DNA of 64,000 nucleotides from positions 1-64,000 of IMG/VR virus record IMGVR_UViG_3300018432_000014, one strand, 5' to 3'. Shown piece after piece: positions 21,244 to 31,509 of the stretch (positions are counted from its first letter, which is position 1; the number at the start of each line of letters is the position of its first letter). Source of the stretch: a virus. A program made the translations under genes and the position numbers. The notes under the pieces were generated by a model. It had not been told where the DNA came from, searched no databases, and saw nothing but the letters and a program-made list of their open reading frames with translations.

Positions 21244-22263
21244 ATGAGCGAGCCTCTAGGAATGCCGATCGCAGCAATCAGTCCTGAGAGGTGGGAAGCC
21301 ATCTGCGAGATCTACCAGCACCACGCCGGGCCGAGCTTGCACGCCGCTCGCGACTTGGGTTGGCCCGCGGCGAGAACGCGACGAGTCTGGAATCGAGGCT
21401 ATCCGTCGCAAGGCTTGCCCCCGGTCAAGACGGTGGTCGCGTCGACGGCCGAGAAGGTCGCTGCGATCCGAGCGGGTCGAGCTGAGATCGAAGCGAGAGA
21501 GCGGGCGCAGAGCGAGGCGATGACTCGACCGAGCGATGCAGACGAGGCGGTCGAGCGCGCGGGGCACAACGTCGAGGTCGTGCAACCGGCAGAGCAACGT
21601 CGCATCGAGATGATGTTGCGACGAGAGAGCGACAGAGAGAAAGCCAGACAGGATGCGATCAAGAGTCGGTCTGAAGAAGCGGCCCTTGTCTCGCATGCCA
21701 GGCGCAACTCGCTCGCACTCAACGTCGTCACGGCTCAGATACTGCGCGGCGCGCAAGCGCTCGCAGGTCGGATACAACTGCAGCTCGAGAGAGAAGCGAC
21801 GTCCGACAAGCCACTCACGATCGCAGAGCAGCTCGCACTCGTGCGACAGGCTGCAGCGATCGCTCGCTTCAACAGCGAGGCCGCAATGATGGCGGTCAAG
21901 ACCGAGCGCATGGTGCTCGGCACGAGTGAGCAAGCCGAGTCGAGCGAGCCGAATGGCTCGCTCGAAGAAGCCGCGCAATGGATCGAGTCGTCGGTCAAGG
22001 CAGTGCAACGCGCCAGACAGCGAGGCATGCTCGTGATCGTCGCGGGCGAGCAGACGCCGACGGTCGCGCACGGGCGTGTGGCCCCGGGGCCACAACCATC
22101 CCAGCTACCCGAGGATGCGACCGAGCCCGACGACGATGATGATGATGAGAGCGAGGGCGAGCGGGCCGAGCTGCCGACCGCGAAGGAACAAGCCAAGCTC
22201 GGCGGGCCGAGCGACGAAGTGCTTCGAGCCAGAGTGCGAAAGCTCACGATGAGAAGCGTCTGA
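21244..22263 (+). CDS. Putative terminase small subunit
   Basis: N-terminal HTH-like segment plus helical region and acidic tail; position upstream of terL; positional inference. Confidence 0.4.
   Translation: MSEPLGMPIAAISPERWEAICEIYQHHAGPSLHAARDLGWPAARTRRVWNRGYPSQGLPPVKTVVASTAEKVAAIRAGRAEIEARERAQSEAMTRPSDADEAVERAGHNVEVVQPAEQRRIEMMLRRESDREKARQDAIKSRSEEAALVSHARRNSLALNVVTAQILRGAQALAGRIQLQLEREATSDKPLTIAEQLALVRQAAAIARFNSEAAMMAVKTERMVLGTSEQAESSEPNGSLEEAAQWIESSVKAVQRARQRGMLVIVAGEQTPTVAHGRVAPGPQPSQLPEDATEPDDDDDDESEGERAELPTAKEQAKLGGPSDEVLRARVRKLTMRSV
22076..22095. repeat. Dispersed palindrome copy (GTGTGGCCCCGGGGCCACAA)
   Basis: Within the low-complexity tail of ORF 21244-22263. Confidence 0.85.
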
Positions 22264-22299
22264 GTAACATGCACCCTCCGGTGTGTGTTATACTTGAGC

Positions 22300-22992
22300 A
22301 TGATACGTCGACGAAGTCGCAAGACGGGCGGCAGCTCAAGAGTCGCCATCGCATACCTACGAGTCTCGACCTCGGATCAACGCGTCGAGCAACAGCGTGA
22401 CGCGATCGAGCGTTGGGCTGCGGCGTCGGGCGTCACGGTGGTCGCGTGGTGCGAGGACATCGGCGTGTCGGGTGCAGCACCCATCGACGAGCGACCGGGC
22501 TTGCTCGAGGCGCTCGCAGCCTTGCGTGAGCACAAGGCAGGTGTGCTCGTCGCGGCGAAGCGAGACCGACTCGCTCGAGACGTAGCGACCGCGGCGGCGA
22601 TCGAACGGTTGACCATTGAGGCCGGCGCTCGAGTCGTGACGAGTGACGGCCTCGACTCGAGCGACACGCCAGAGGGCGCGTTGATCCGGGCGATCATCGA
22701 CGCGATGAGCCAATACGAGCGAGCGCTGATCCGAGCGCGCACGAAAGCCGCGCTGCGAGCGAAAGCCGCTCGAGGGGAACTATGCGGCGAGGCGCCTTTC
22801 GGTTTTCGCGCTCGAGAGGGCAAGCTCGTCGAGGATCCGGCCGAGCAACGAGCGCTGCGCAGCATGCGGGAACACCGAGCGGCGGGAATGACGCAACACG
22901 CGATCGTCGCCAAGCTCACGGCCGAAGGACACAAGCCGCGCGGCGCGCGATGGCATGCGACCACGATCGGGCGACTCGTCAGAGACATCTGA
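22300..22992 (+). CDS. Serine recombinase (resolvase/invertase family)
   Basis: AYLRVSTSDQ, GVSG..ERPGL, KRDRLAR, ER.LIRART; TATACT -10 box 5 nt before the ATG. Confidence 0.92.
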   Translation: MIRRRSRKTGGSSRVAIAYLRVSTSDQRVEQQRDAIERWAAASGVTVVAWCEDIGVSGAAPIDERPGLLEALAALREHKAGVLVAAKRDRLARDVATAAAIERLTIEAGARVVTSDGLDSSDTPEGALIRAIIDAMSQYERALIRARTKAALRAKAARGELCGEAPFGFRAREGKLVEDPAEQRALRSMREHRAAGMTQHAIVAKLTAEGHKPRGARWHATTIGRLVRDI

Positions 22993-25075
22993 TAACGTCG
23001 ACGTCGTGACTGATGACGCACACACCCATACGCGCGCGCGCATAGAAGGCACCCCTTCGAAAAGAGGCCGGCCTCGCATACGGGTGAAACGGGCGCCAGA
23101 GCACACCCCTGCGAGCCCGGCGACAAGCCCCGTCGAACGGCGCCCCTTAGACACCCCGGTGCCGACCCTAGGCGTCGACGACAGGGCCGGCTTTGAAGGG
23201 CTGCTATCTCAGGGCACCCCTACGCTAGAGGGCGACAGCGAGGCGCAGAGGAGCCCTGATGCAGAGGGCGCTCACGACGAGCACGGCGCTCAAGGGCAGG
23301 GGCTCGGGCCTAGCGCACACGTCGGGGACACCGATGTGCGCAGAGCATCCGACATGGAGGGGGGCGGGGGTTTTTCTCCACTTTTCTCCCCCTCTGAAAT
23401 GCAGCCCTGCCAATCTCCTACGATCGATCAAAAAATCTCGGAATCGGCCGATCAAAAAATCTCGGAATCGATCGATCAAAAAATTCCAAAACTAGGGGTT
23501 GAGTCGGTTGAGTCGGTTGAGTCGGTTGAGCTGCAAACCTCGGTTGCGTCGGTTGCGCCGCACGACGAAGCCCCGCTCAGCGATCAAGAAGTCGCCATTT
23601 CGCTCAAGCAACGTGCGGCCGAGGCGCGTGCTCAACTGCACGAGCTGTGTCGGCAAGACATCAACGCGTTTGCCGAGTACGTGCTCAAAGACGACGAGAC
23701 CGGGCTGCCGCTAGAGCAGGCGGATTTCCATGTGCGCGCGCAGCACGCGCTGACCGAGCACCGGCAGATCGTCGTGATGTCGCATCCCGAATCGGGCAAG
23801 ACGACGAACATCGCGGTGGGTCGTGTGCTTTGGGAGCTGGGGCGCAATCCGAATCTGCGCGTGATGCTGCTTTACAACGCCGAAGACTCAGCGGCGAAGA
23901 CGCTCGGTGCGATCAAGCGCTACATCGAGACGAGCCGCGAGCTACACGCGGTATTCCCATTACTAAAACGCGGGTCGATCTGGAAAGACGATCAGATTTT
24001 CGTGCAGCGCTCCGCTTACGATCGGAACCCGTCGATCGTCGCGGTCGGATACAACTCGAGGCGCATCGGCGGTTCGCGTGTTGACCTACTGATCGTCGAC
24101 GACTTGCTCGATGCGATCGTGACGGCGACCGAGGCGCAGCGGCGCAAGCTTTCATCGTGGGTCAAGAACACGGTCTTTACCCGTCTGTCGGCGAATGCTC
24201 TCGTCGCGTTTCTGACGAATGCGTGGCACCCGCGTGATCTCGCGCATGAGCTGATCAAAGAGCGCGGTTGGTTTCTCATCTGCCGACCGATACGCAATCC
24301 AGACGGCACGATTTCGTGGTCGCGTTGGACCGAAAAGCGACTCAAGCAAAAGCGCAAAGACTTGGGTCCGCTCGAGTACGCTCGATCGTTCGAGTGCAAT
24401 CCGCGCGACGATGAGGCGCGCGTGTTTCGGCCCGAGCACATCGAGCAAGCGCTCAAAGCGGGTAAGGGGTACGGGTTTCTGTCGGGCATCGATGTGATGC
24501 CGCAAAACTGCCTGATCGTGACGGGCATCGATCTCGCGGCGGGCGACGACACGAAAACGAAGGGCGCGCGGACCGTCTTGTCGAGCGTGTTCTTTCATCC
24601 CAACCAGCAACGGCAGCTCGTGCGCATGCGCTCGGGTCGCTGGCGTGCCCGGCAGATCCTCGATCATGTCGCGGCGGTCGGGCAGCTGTTCCCGACCAAC
24701 CATTGGATCGTCGTCGAGAACAACGGTGTGCAGCGTTACATTTTGGATCTCGCGCACGAGAACGGTGTCGACGTCGGCGTGGCCCTCGTGCCATTCACGA
24801 CGGGCCGCAACAAGGCCGATCCCCGATTCGGGATCGCCTCACTCGCCGCCGAGTTCGAGGGCCGCCGATGGATCCTGCCGAGCGACTGCGATGCCGACGA
24901 TCAAGAGGAGGTCGAGGGCCTCGTCTCTCAGCTCATCGACTACGTGCCGGAGGCCCATACAGGGGATAGACTTATGGCTACGTGGTTCGCGCGCGAGATC
25001 GGCCGGCGCATCTTTGCCCGGTTTTTCGGCAGCGGGCGTTTTTACTCGGGCTCGTCTGTACGCGCTATCGGTTAG
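22955..25075 (+). CDS. terL: Terminase large subunit (true start uncertain, probably downstream of 22955)
   Basis: Walker A HPESGKTT, Walker B LLIVDD, LTNAWHPRDL, nuclease motifs TGIDLA and DRLMA. Confidence 0.85.
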   Translation: MRPRSGDSSETSDNVDVVTDDAHTHTRARIEGTPSKRGRPRIRVKRAPEHTPASPATSPVERRPLDTPVPTLGVDDRAGFEGLLSQGTPTLEGDSEAQRSPDAEGAHDEHGAQGQGLGPSAHVGDTDVRRASDMEGGGGFSPLFSPSEMQPCQSPTIDQKISESADQKISESIDQKIPKLGVESVESVESVELQTSVASVAPHDEAPLSDQEVAISLKQRAAEARAQLHELCRQDINAFAEYVLKDDETGLPLEQADFHVRAQHALTEHRQIVVMSHPESGKTTNIAVGRVLWELGRNPNLRVMLLYNAEDSAAKTLGAIKRYIETSRELHAVFPLLKRGSIWKDDQIFVQRSAYDRNPSIVAVGYNSRRIGGSRVDLLIVDDLLDAIVTATEAQRRKLSSWVKNTVFTRLSANALVAFLTNAWHPRDLAHELIKERGWFLICRPIRNPDGTISWSRWTEKRLKQKRKDLGPLEYARSFECNPRDDEARVFRPEHIEQALKAGKGYGFLSGIDVMPQNCLIVTGIDLAAGDDTKTKGARTVLSSVFFHPNQQRQLVRMRSGRWRARQILDHVAAVGQLFPTNHWIVVENNGVQRYILDLAHENGVDVGVALVPFTTGRNKADPRFGIASLAAEFEGRRWILPSDCDADDQEEVEGLVSQLIDYVPEAHTGDRLMATWFAREIGRRIFARFFGSGRFYSGSSVRAIG
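23423..23530 (+). repeat. Three 24-bp repeats (CGATCAAAAAAT core) followed by GTTGAGTCG x3.7
   Basis: Read directly: 23423-23446, 23447-23470, 23471-23494; 9-mers at 23498-23530. Confidence 0.9.
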
Positions 25076-25101
25076 TGTTCCGGCCGTGGTATGTGTCCCG
25101 G

Positions 25102-27313
25102 ATGAACGCGCCGATCAAGCCCGTCGACACGAGTACACTCGAGGGGTACGTCGCGCAAGCCGCGAGCCTGATCGTCTCGCGCCGGGCAGAGACGGCCGAG
25201 GATTGGCGACTGCTCTTCATTTGGTTGCTCGGTTTCAGCTCGGGGCATGTGCTGCGATTGCGCGCGATGCTCAAGCAAGGCCGCTTGAATGATCCGGCTG
25301 CGATCGAGGCCGCGCTCGACGAGCTGCAGGTCGAGCTAGAGCAGATCCGAAAGGCGCATCTATGAGCGCCAAACCTGAATCGACGGTCGAGGCGGACGGC
25401 GGCAAGCGCACGCTCTCGATCTTTTACAAAGAGCTGCCCGATGGTCACGACGTCACGGTCTACCGCATGGCGCTCGGGCGCGCGCGCATCTGTCTGGGTT
25501 GGGTCGACGACGAGGTCAACGTGCTCGATGCGTATTGCTACGACGATCCGGCGCTTGCCTGCGTGGCGGCCGAGCGTTGGTCGGGCGAGGGCGATCCGAT
25601 CGATGGCTGGACCCGACACATCAACTCGGGTCGCAGGCGAATCGATGGCGACCCGAACAAAGAGAGCGTGCGTTGGTGATGGCGCTTGGCCCTGGAAAAT
25701 ACGATCACATCTGCACTCGGATCATGGAGGTGTACGGCGCGGAGGTCGCGATGGCGATCGTAGTCGGCGGTACCAACGGGACCGGGTTTAGCTGTCAGTT
25801 TCGGATCGGCTCGCGCGACGAGCTGCCTGATGTCGTGAGTGCTGCAGTGCATGCGCTTCGCACCGTGGCCGACGAGATCGAGGCCGACGCATCTCGAGGA
25901 TTAGCCGATGCATGACAATTGGTTCGAGATGATCGAGCTGGTGCGTGTGGATGAAGCCGACTCTAGATCAAGTGAATGAAGTGTTCTTATGGCTTGTATT
26001 CATGCGAGTTCTGCGCGGCATGCCGCCCGTCGATCTCGAGACCGTTTTACTTGGGGGATTTGCGTTGATGGTAGTCGCGTTGTCTCATGCGGTGAGATCC
26101 AAATGTTAGCGGTGAGAGTATGACGCGGCGTCAATGCAAACTATGCCCGTGGAAGGTGTCGACCGATCCGCTCGACATACCGGGCGGCTACGAGGTCGCG
26201 TTGCACGAGCATCTACGTAGGACGATCGCCGATCGCGCTCGATTCGAAGATCTGTTGAGCGACAAGCCTCTGCGCATCATGGCGTGTCACGAGAGCAATC
26301 CAGATCGCCCGATCCCGTGCGTGGGTTGGCTCGTGAATCAACTCGAGCGGAACAACTTGCCGCTGCGGTTTGCGATGATCAAGGGTCGGATTGATTGCGA
26401 CGTCGAGTTGGTCGGTCCGCAGCACGAGAACTTCGAAGACACTTTGCCAAAGAGGCGTACTTGATTGATCGCAACCGGGCTCTCGACATTTCGAACGACG
26501 TCGATTGCTTTCTGAAAGAGCTGTGCGCGCGCTACCCCGAGTACGCGATCCTCGTCGTGGTCGCGGACCTCGACGATGGCAACGTGTTCGTGACTACGCC
26601 CGTAGTCGCAGAGACGACGGCTGTATTACTTCGCGCTGCAGCAAACCAGATGCTCAACACGCCTATCGATCTAAGTGATAACGACGAGGTTAGTTAGATG
26701 CCGATGCTGCGAATGCTAATGAAACCAGATGAGGTCAACTCGTATCTCCTCGAGCATCATTTGACCCGGGGCTACGCGACGATCGACGTCGCGTTGATGC
26801 AGAGCGGCGGTATGGGCAGCGGACAACCGGCCGTGTTGCTCGTGCTCGAGGTCGACGGGCGAAAGGTTGTCGCCAAGACGTCGCTGCAGATCCTCGAGAC
26901 GATGACGAGCGCGATGTGCGCCGCGTCGGGCGTGAAACGAGCGCCATGAGTGAGGTCGGCAAGCGCTTGCTCGCAGCGGTCGGCGTGTTGTCACTCGCGC
27001 CGATCATCTTGCCGCGCGTCGAGCTGAATACGACTCAAGCGTTCGGTTTCGGTTGGTGTTGCGCGTGCCTCGTCGTGTTCGGTCGCATCGTCCGCCCGGT
27101 CGAGAAGCGATGACGCCGGGGGAACATGTTCGGCAAGTCGAGCACGCTCGCGAATGCGTGATTTCGGCGCTCGTGTGCATTGAGCAGCGCGAGTTCATCG
27201 GCGCTTTCATTCTGTCGGCTGCCGCGGTTGTTGCGCTGTCGCATGTCGTCGGCAAAGCCGGGCTTGGCGCCGCTCGAGTGATCGTGGCAAAAGAGTTCAG
27301 CTCGCGCGCATGA
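25102..27313 (+). other. Run of small hypothetical genes downstream of terL
   Basis: ORFs 25102-25365, 25362-25679, 25679-25915, 26120-26464 (CxxCPW..MACHES..CVGWL), 26461-26697, 26698-26949 and others. Confidence 0.6.
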
Positions 27314-27524
27314 GTCGCAGTCGGCGGCGTATCGTGCCGACCGAGCAACCGAGTCGCAGCGCAAGTTGCACGGCTGTCATTTGCCCGGTGAGCACGCGTG
27401 CGAGATCGCTCGGCTGAATCACGAGCGTCGGTCGACCGACGTGCACGCCATTCGCCCGAGCTTTGCGAATGCCCTTTTTCGTGGCATCGGAGATCGCGTT
27501 TCGGCATTGGTCGCAGATGCTCAT
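27297..27524 (-). CDS. Small HTH protein resembling a resolvase C-terminal DNA-binding domain
   Basis: TKKGIRKARANGVHVGRP..TAVQLALRLGCSVGTIRRRL. Confidence 0.65.
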   Translation of the reverse strand: MSICDQCRNAISDATKKGIRKARANGVHVGRPTLVIQPSDLARVLTGQMTAVQLALRLGCSVGTIRRRLRLMRAS

Positions 27525-28123
27525 GATCCGGATGCTTTGCGATACGATGGAGCGTGAGTGTTGATCGGGTCGTGTTCCCTTACCAAGCCGAAGACCTCGG
27601 CTCGGTCAACGCTCACTTGCTTGCGCGCGCGCCGAGTCGCGAGCGTGAGCGCCCGGATGCAGGCGCGATGCTTCGTGCTGCCGTGGCGTAGCGGCTGCAG
27701 TGGTGACGGGCAGTGCTCGTAATCGCACCAATGCAGGGTCCTCGGCTTGGGCTCTCGAGGCCGCAGCCGAGCACGAGCCTCGGCTACGGCAGCTCGTGCG
27801 CGCGCGGCCCGCATTTCGGCCAGTCGCGCCGCTCGGGCTGCCATGATGTCGTCGTGAGCAAGCACGCGTTGCAACTCGACGATTGCGAGCCGCTTGGCCC
27901 TGCCTGCGGCCTCGGGCGTGTCACCGAGTAGCTCACCAGCCTCGGCCGCAGTGAAGCCGCCTAGCGCCAGCCAGAGGGCACGACGGGCCCCTTCTGACAG
28001 GCGCCGGAGCGTCGAGTAGAAGTGCAGCGCATCCTCGGGCGACAGGCTTTCACGCCACGTCGACCCGAGAGATGCGATGGCGAGCGGTGGTCTGATGCGC
28101 ATGAGGACCCTGATCCACGTCAC
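27521..28123 (-). CDS. Protein with sigma70 region 4 (ECF-like) HTH
   Basis: LRRLSEGARRALWLALGGFTAAEAGELLG.T. Confidence 0.55.
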   Translation of the reverse strand: MTWIRVLMRIRPPLAIASLGSTWRESLSPEDALHFYSTLRRLSEGARRALWLALGGFTAAEAGELLGDTPEAAGRAKRLAIVELQRVLAHDDIMAARAARLAEMRAARARAAVAEARARLRPREPKPRTLHWCDYEHCPSPLQPLRHGSTKHRACIRALTLATRRARKQVSVDRAEVFGLVREHDPINTHAPSYRKASGS

Positions 28124-30680
28124 GACTTGTCGGCTTGTTCACTCTCGAGCTGCGCCAGATGGTTTTTTAGCATGGCGATTTGGCTAAGCCGATCGATCGA
28201 AGACGAGTGATAGACGCTATCGAGGCGATGGTCTGTGATCAGCAACAGAAACGACTCGGTTCTGTAGAGCATCTGCATCACGGTGTCCGAGATCGCGCGC
28301 AACTTGCTTGAGAGAGCATCTGGACTGTCGGGCTCGTGCGAGCTGGTAGACTTGCCTTCTTTGCGGATGAGCCATTCGTTGATCTGTCGGATGCGGTTGA
28401 CCGGATACGCTCGCGGGTGATCGGCCGCCTGAACGTGCGCGAGAGCTGCGACGAGTAGCTCGTCGATGAGAATGGTCTCCATGCCAAATTCCTCACCCGC
28501 GAGGCTGGCGATCTTCTGTGCACGGACGATCGTCTCGTTGAAATCCTCGGGGGCGCGCCCGAGGATCGCGTTGACGTAGTCGTCTTTTGCATTCGGGCGC
28601 CAGAGCTTTCGCTTGCTCATGACGACTGCTCCGGCACCTTGATCGGCATCGGTCCCATAGGCCCGACCTTCGCATCACGATTGCGCTCGTCGTGCTTGTC
28701 GAGCAACTCGAGGGCCTTGCGTACGCGATCGGGATCGCTCTGGATCAACTCCTCGAGCTGCAGCGATGCGATCTGCGTTTTGATCTCGGCGATCGAGGCT
28801 TCGTGCTCGCGTTGCTTCGCGGTCAGTAGCTCGATCTCGCGAGCGGCGTTGCGCGGCTCGGCTGCGATGACAGCCACTCGTGTCCGTGGTCGATACGCGC
28901 GCTCGCGTGGCGCTCGAGGCGCTCGAGGCGCTCGAGCTGTTCCCGTGCGAGCTTTGGGTTTGGCAGTAAAGTACGCCTCGGCTTCGCGGTCGAGCGCGAT
29001 GCGCTCGCTCTGGCTCAACGCGGTTCGGCTGATCGCCTGCTTCGCGATCCCGACCGTTGCGTAGGTGCCGGACGTGATCTTCGCGTGCATGGTCTTGAAC
29101 GTCATGAGTGGCTTGCTCTTCATGGCTTGCTCTTTTCGGTTGAGTTGGACTCGGGGTTACGATTGTTGCTCGGTGAGTTGTCGCGCCAGCGTTGCAGCGC
29201 TTCGTCTTCGGTCGTGCCGCGACCGGGGGCTCGATACGAATCGTCTCTTGACGAGACCATGCTGCATGCACACCAAGCCGCGAAGTTGCCGCCCGCTTCG
29301 CGCACGACGGTGACAGCGTGCGCGCATCGCGGACAGCGGGCTTTCATGACTTGCGGTGCTTCTTGCCTGGCTTCTTGGGCCGCGCACTCTCGATCCTCGA
29401 GAGCGTCTCGACGAACGTAGCGTGAGCGAGTTTGGCATCAGCGATGCTTGAGGTTGCGATCGAGCTTTCCTCGGACGGTAGCCATTCGGCGGCGTTGAGC
29501 ACGCGGGTCTCGAATACGAATCGACCGCGACCGACGCTGCTATCGACGCCAGTCCAGATCGTCGAGACGCAAATTTCGCCGATCATGGTCGACTCGATCT
29601 GAGTGTAACTTTTGTCCGCGTGCAGCTCGCGCCACGTCTCGAAGTCGATCGGGATGAGGTCGCGATCGTAGAAGTCGAGCGTGCTCGTGCGCTTCAACTC
29701 TGAGCTGATCCGTTTGACCTCTCGCTCGAAGAGAGTCGCGGGTTGAGCCGCAGCCGCCTCGGTTTCGCACAATAGCTCGAGACCGCCGAAGATCGTCGAG
29801 TCGCGCATACGACTGTGTTCCAATTCGTTGAGGTAGCCTCGAGTCACAACCAGGATGTCGGGCGAATCGGGTTCGAAAAACTCTTCGAATGCGGATTCGA
29901 CCGCAGCCTCTCGCGATCCGAACATGTCTTGCAGGGTCGGCAGCCCAAGCCCGCCGAGTGGGCCTCGCTCGTGCTGCTCCCACCGATCGATCCTCTCGGA
30001 TGCGAGGATGCGCGCGCGTTGCTCGGTGAGGTCGACGAAAATGCGATCGCCTACCTCGGGCGTGTGTTGCGGTCTGTAGTCGGGTTGTAATCGCGCCGGC
30101 TCGGCTTCGACCACCATCAGATCGCCAGACATCGAGGGGATCTCGATCGGCACTGCACCATCGCGACTGTTCCAAAGCGACTCGCGTTGCCCGTCTTCGC
30201 TGACGTAGGTGACGAAGCAATAGGCCAACGAGTGCTTGTGCCGCCCGCGAATCATTTCGCGCTCACGCGGGCACCGACGTTGTGCATCGTCTCGACGCGC
30301 ACGATGCCGCGCGTTTTCGGCGCGTCTCCGCAGAGCGAGCGATACTCGTCAACCCACGGGCCGAAATGCAGGGTCCGCTCGTTTTCGATCCGAGCTTGCA
30401 CGTGCGTGTAACGCGTAAAGCGCTCGACGCTCATCTGCAGCATGAATCGCGCTCGCGGCATCGAATGCCAGACGATCACCGGCGCGTTGTCGGGATAGGC
30501 GCTCTGCAGCACGGCATCATCGGTCTCGATCCACGCGTGCGCGAATCGGACGCCGTTCATTACGCAGATGCCATGCACGAGATAGAACCGCTCACGCATG
30601 GCGTGCGGTACGTCAGTCATGAAATCGAGCGTGTCGTCGAAGCAGGTGTGCGTCGGCCGCAGAGTGTGCATGTCGCGCAC
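28120..30680 (-). other. Leftward operon of hypothetical genes
   Basis: Coupled ORFs 30252-30680, 29344-30255, 29120-29347 (Zn ribbon), 28617-29123, 28120-28620. Confidence 0.65.
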
Positions 30681-30749
30681 CGTACGGCAGTGGACACAGC
30701 CGCGACAACCGGCTTCTTTCAGCTAACCCATAGTCCCGTATGCGGGACG

Positions 30750-30781
30750 ATCGGTTACGTGAGGCGCCTCACGTAACCGAT
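30750..30781. repeat. Perfect 32-bp palindrome ATCGGTTACGTGAGGCGCCTCACGTAACCGAT
   Basis: Read directly; intergenic. Confidence 0.9.
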
Positions 30782-30825
30782 GATCGCTCGATGTCCTCGA
30801 ATCGGGACTAGAATTCTTGCGAGTC

Positions 30826-30852
30826 GACACGAGCCCCGCTCGGGCTCGTGTC
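30826..30852 (-). terminator. Hairpin GACACGAGCCC-N5-GGGCTCGTGTC, possible terminator
   Basis: 11-bp stem just downstream of the minus-strand ORF ending at 30871; no U-tract. Confidence 0.45.
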
Positions 30853-30870
30853 TCATCGGCAGATTTCAAA

Positions 30871-31146
30871 TCAGCGGCTCGTGTGCCTGCAGGATTCCGT
30901 TGCGCCCCGCGCTATCGAGTCGCTGTCGCCAAGCTTGAGAATGACGGCGCGTTGATGGTCCTCATGAAAGATGCCGACGCTGTAGCTGAGCGAGCGCAGA
31001 GCACATGCGCGAGCGTTGCTCTCGTTGCCGGCTGCCAAGCATCGCTCGGCATCGTCGAGGCAGAGTCGCGCGCTCGAGGCCATCGCGGCGCCGTTGCTGA
31101 CGTGCTTGCGTGCGAGGTCGAGAATCTGCGAGGTCGAGGTCGTCAT
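30871..31146 (-). CDS. Cassette gene, hypothetical 91 aa
   Basis: GGAG RBS; downstream of class I element 31196-31234. Confidence 0.7.
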   Translation of the reverse strand: MTTSTSQILDLARKHVSNGAAMASSARLCLDDAERCLAAGNESNARACALRSLSYSVGIFHEDHQRAVILKLGDSDSIARGATESCRHTSR

Positions 31147-31195
31147 CTGAGAGGCTCCGGGTCGGTCGGTCGCGGTGTGCGACCTGACAACTCAC

Positions 31196-31234
31196 ATCCT
31201 AGCTCGGTCTTTGAAAAGCGCTAGCGGTATTTCA
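31196..31234 (-). promoter_or_regulatory. Class I repeat element copy 1
   Basis: TGAAATACCGCTAGCGCTTTTCAAAGACCGAGCTAGGAT on the minus strand. Confidence 0.85.
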
Positions 31235-31244
31235 CAAGTGCGCG

Positions 31245-31460
31245 TTACTCTGCAGGAACCTCGATCGGCAATCCGAGCCGCTGTCGCATGTAGTACGAGA
31301 GCGTCAAGTTGAGCGCGCGAGCTTCTTTCTTCAGCTGCGCCTTCTCGCTGACGGTCAACCCGATGAAAGCCGGAGAGCCCTTGCGTTTTTTGCCGAGACG
31401 CGGTCGACCCGCGCCCTCACGTGCTCCGCCTTGTCCGGCGTGAGCGATTTTCTTAGTCAT
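31245..31460 (-). CDS. Small RHH-like DNA-binding protein, candidate regulator of the class I element
   Basis: GGAREGAGRP..FIGLTVSEKAQLKKEARALNLTLSYYMR; ATG 45 nt from class I copy 2. Confidence 0.7.
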   Translation of the reverse strand: MTKKIAHAGQGGAREGAGRPRLGKKRKGSPAFIGLTVSEKAQLKKEARALNLTLSYYMRQRLGLPIEVPAE

Positions 31461-31466
31461 GCTCAA

Positions 31467-31505
31467 CCCTGGATCGTGCCAATGAAAAGCGCAAGCGGTA
31501 TTTCA
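31467..31505 (-). promoter_or_regulatory. Class I element copy 2 (degenerate -10)
   Basis: TGAAATACCGCTTGCGCTTTTCA, 45 nt before ATG 31460. Confidence 0.8.
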
Positions 31506-31509
31506 GACT

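Noticed and set aside
22300-22992. IS607-family element
   Set aside because: No N-terminal MerR HTH and no adjacent tnpB.
29120-29347. Lar-type restriction alleviation protein
   Set aside because: The Zn-ribbon and EAL..W pattern is too weak to call without a profile search.
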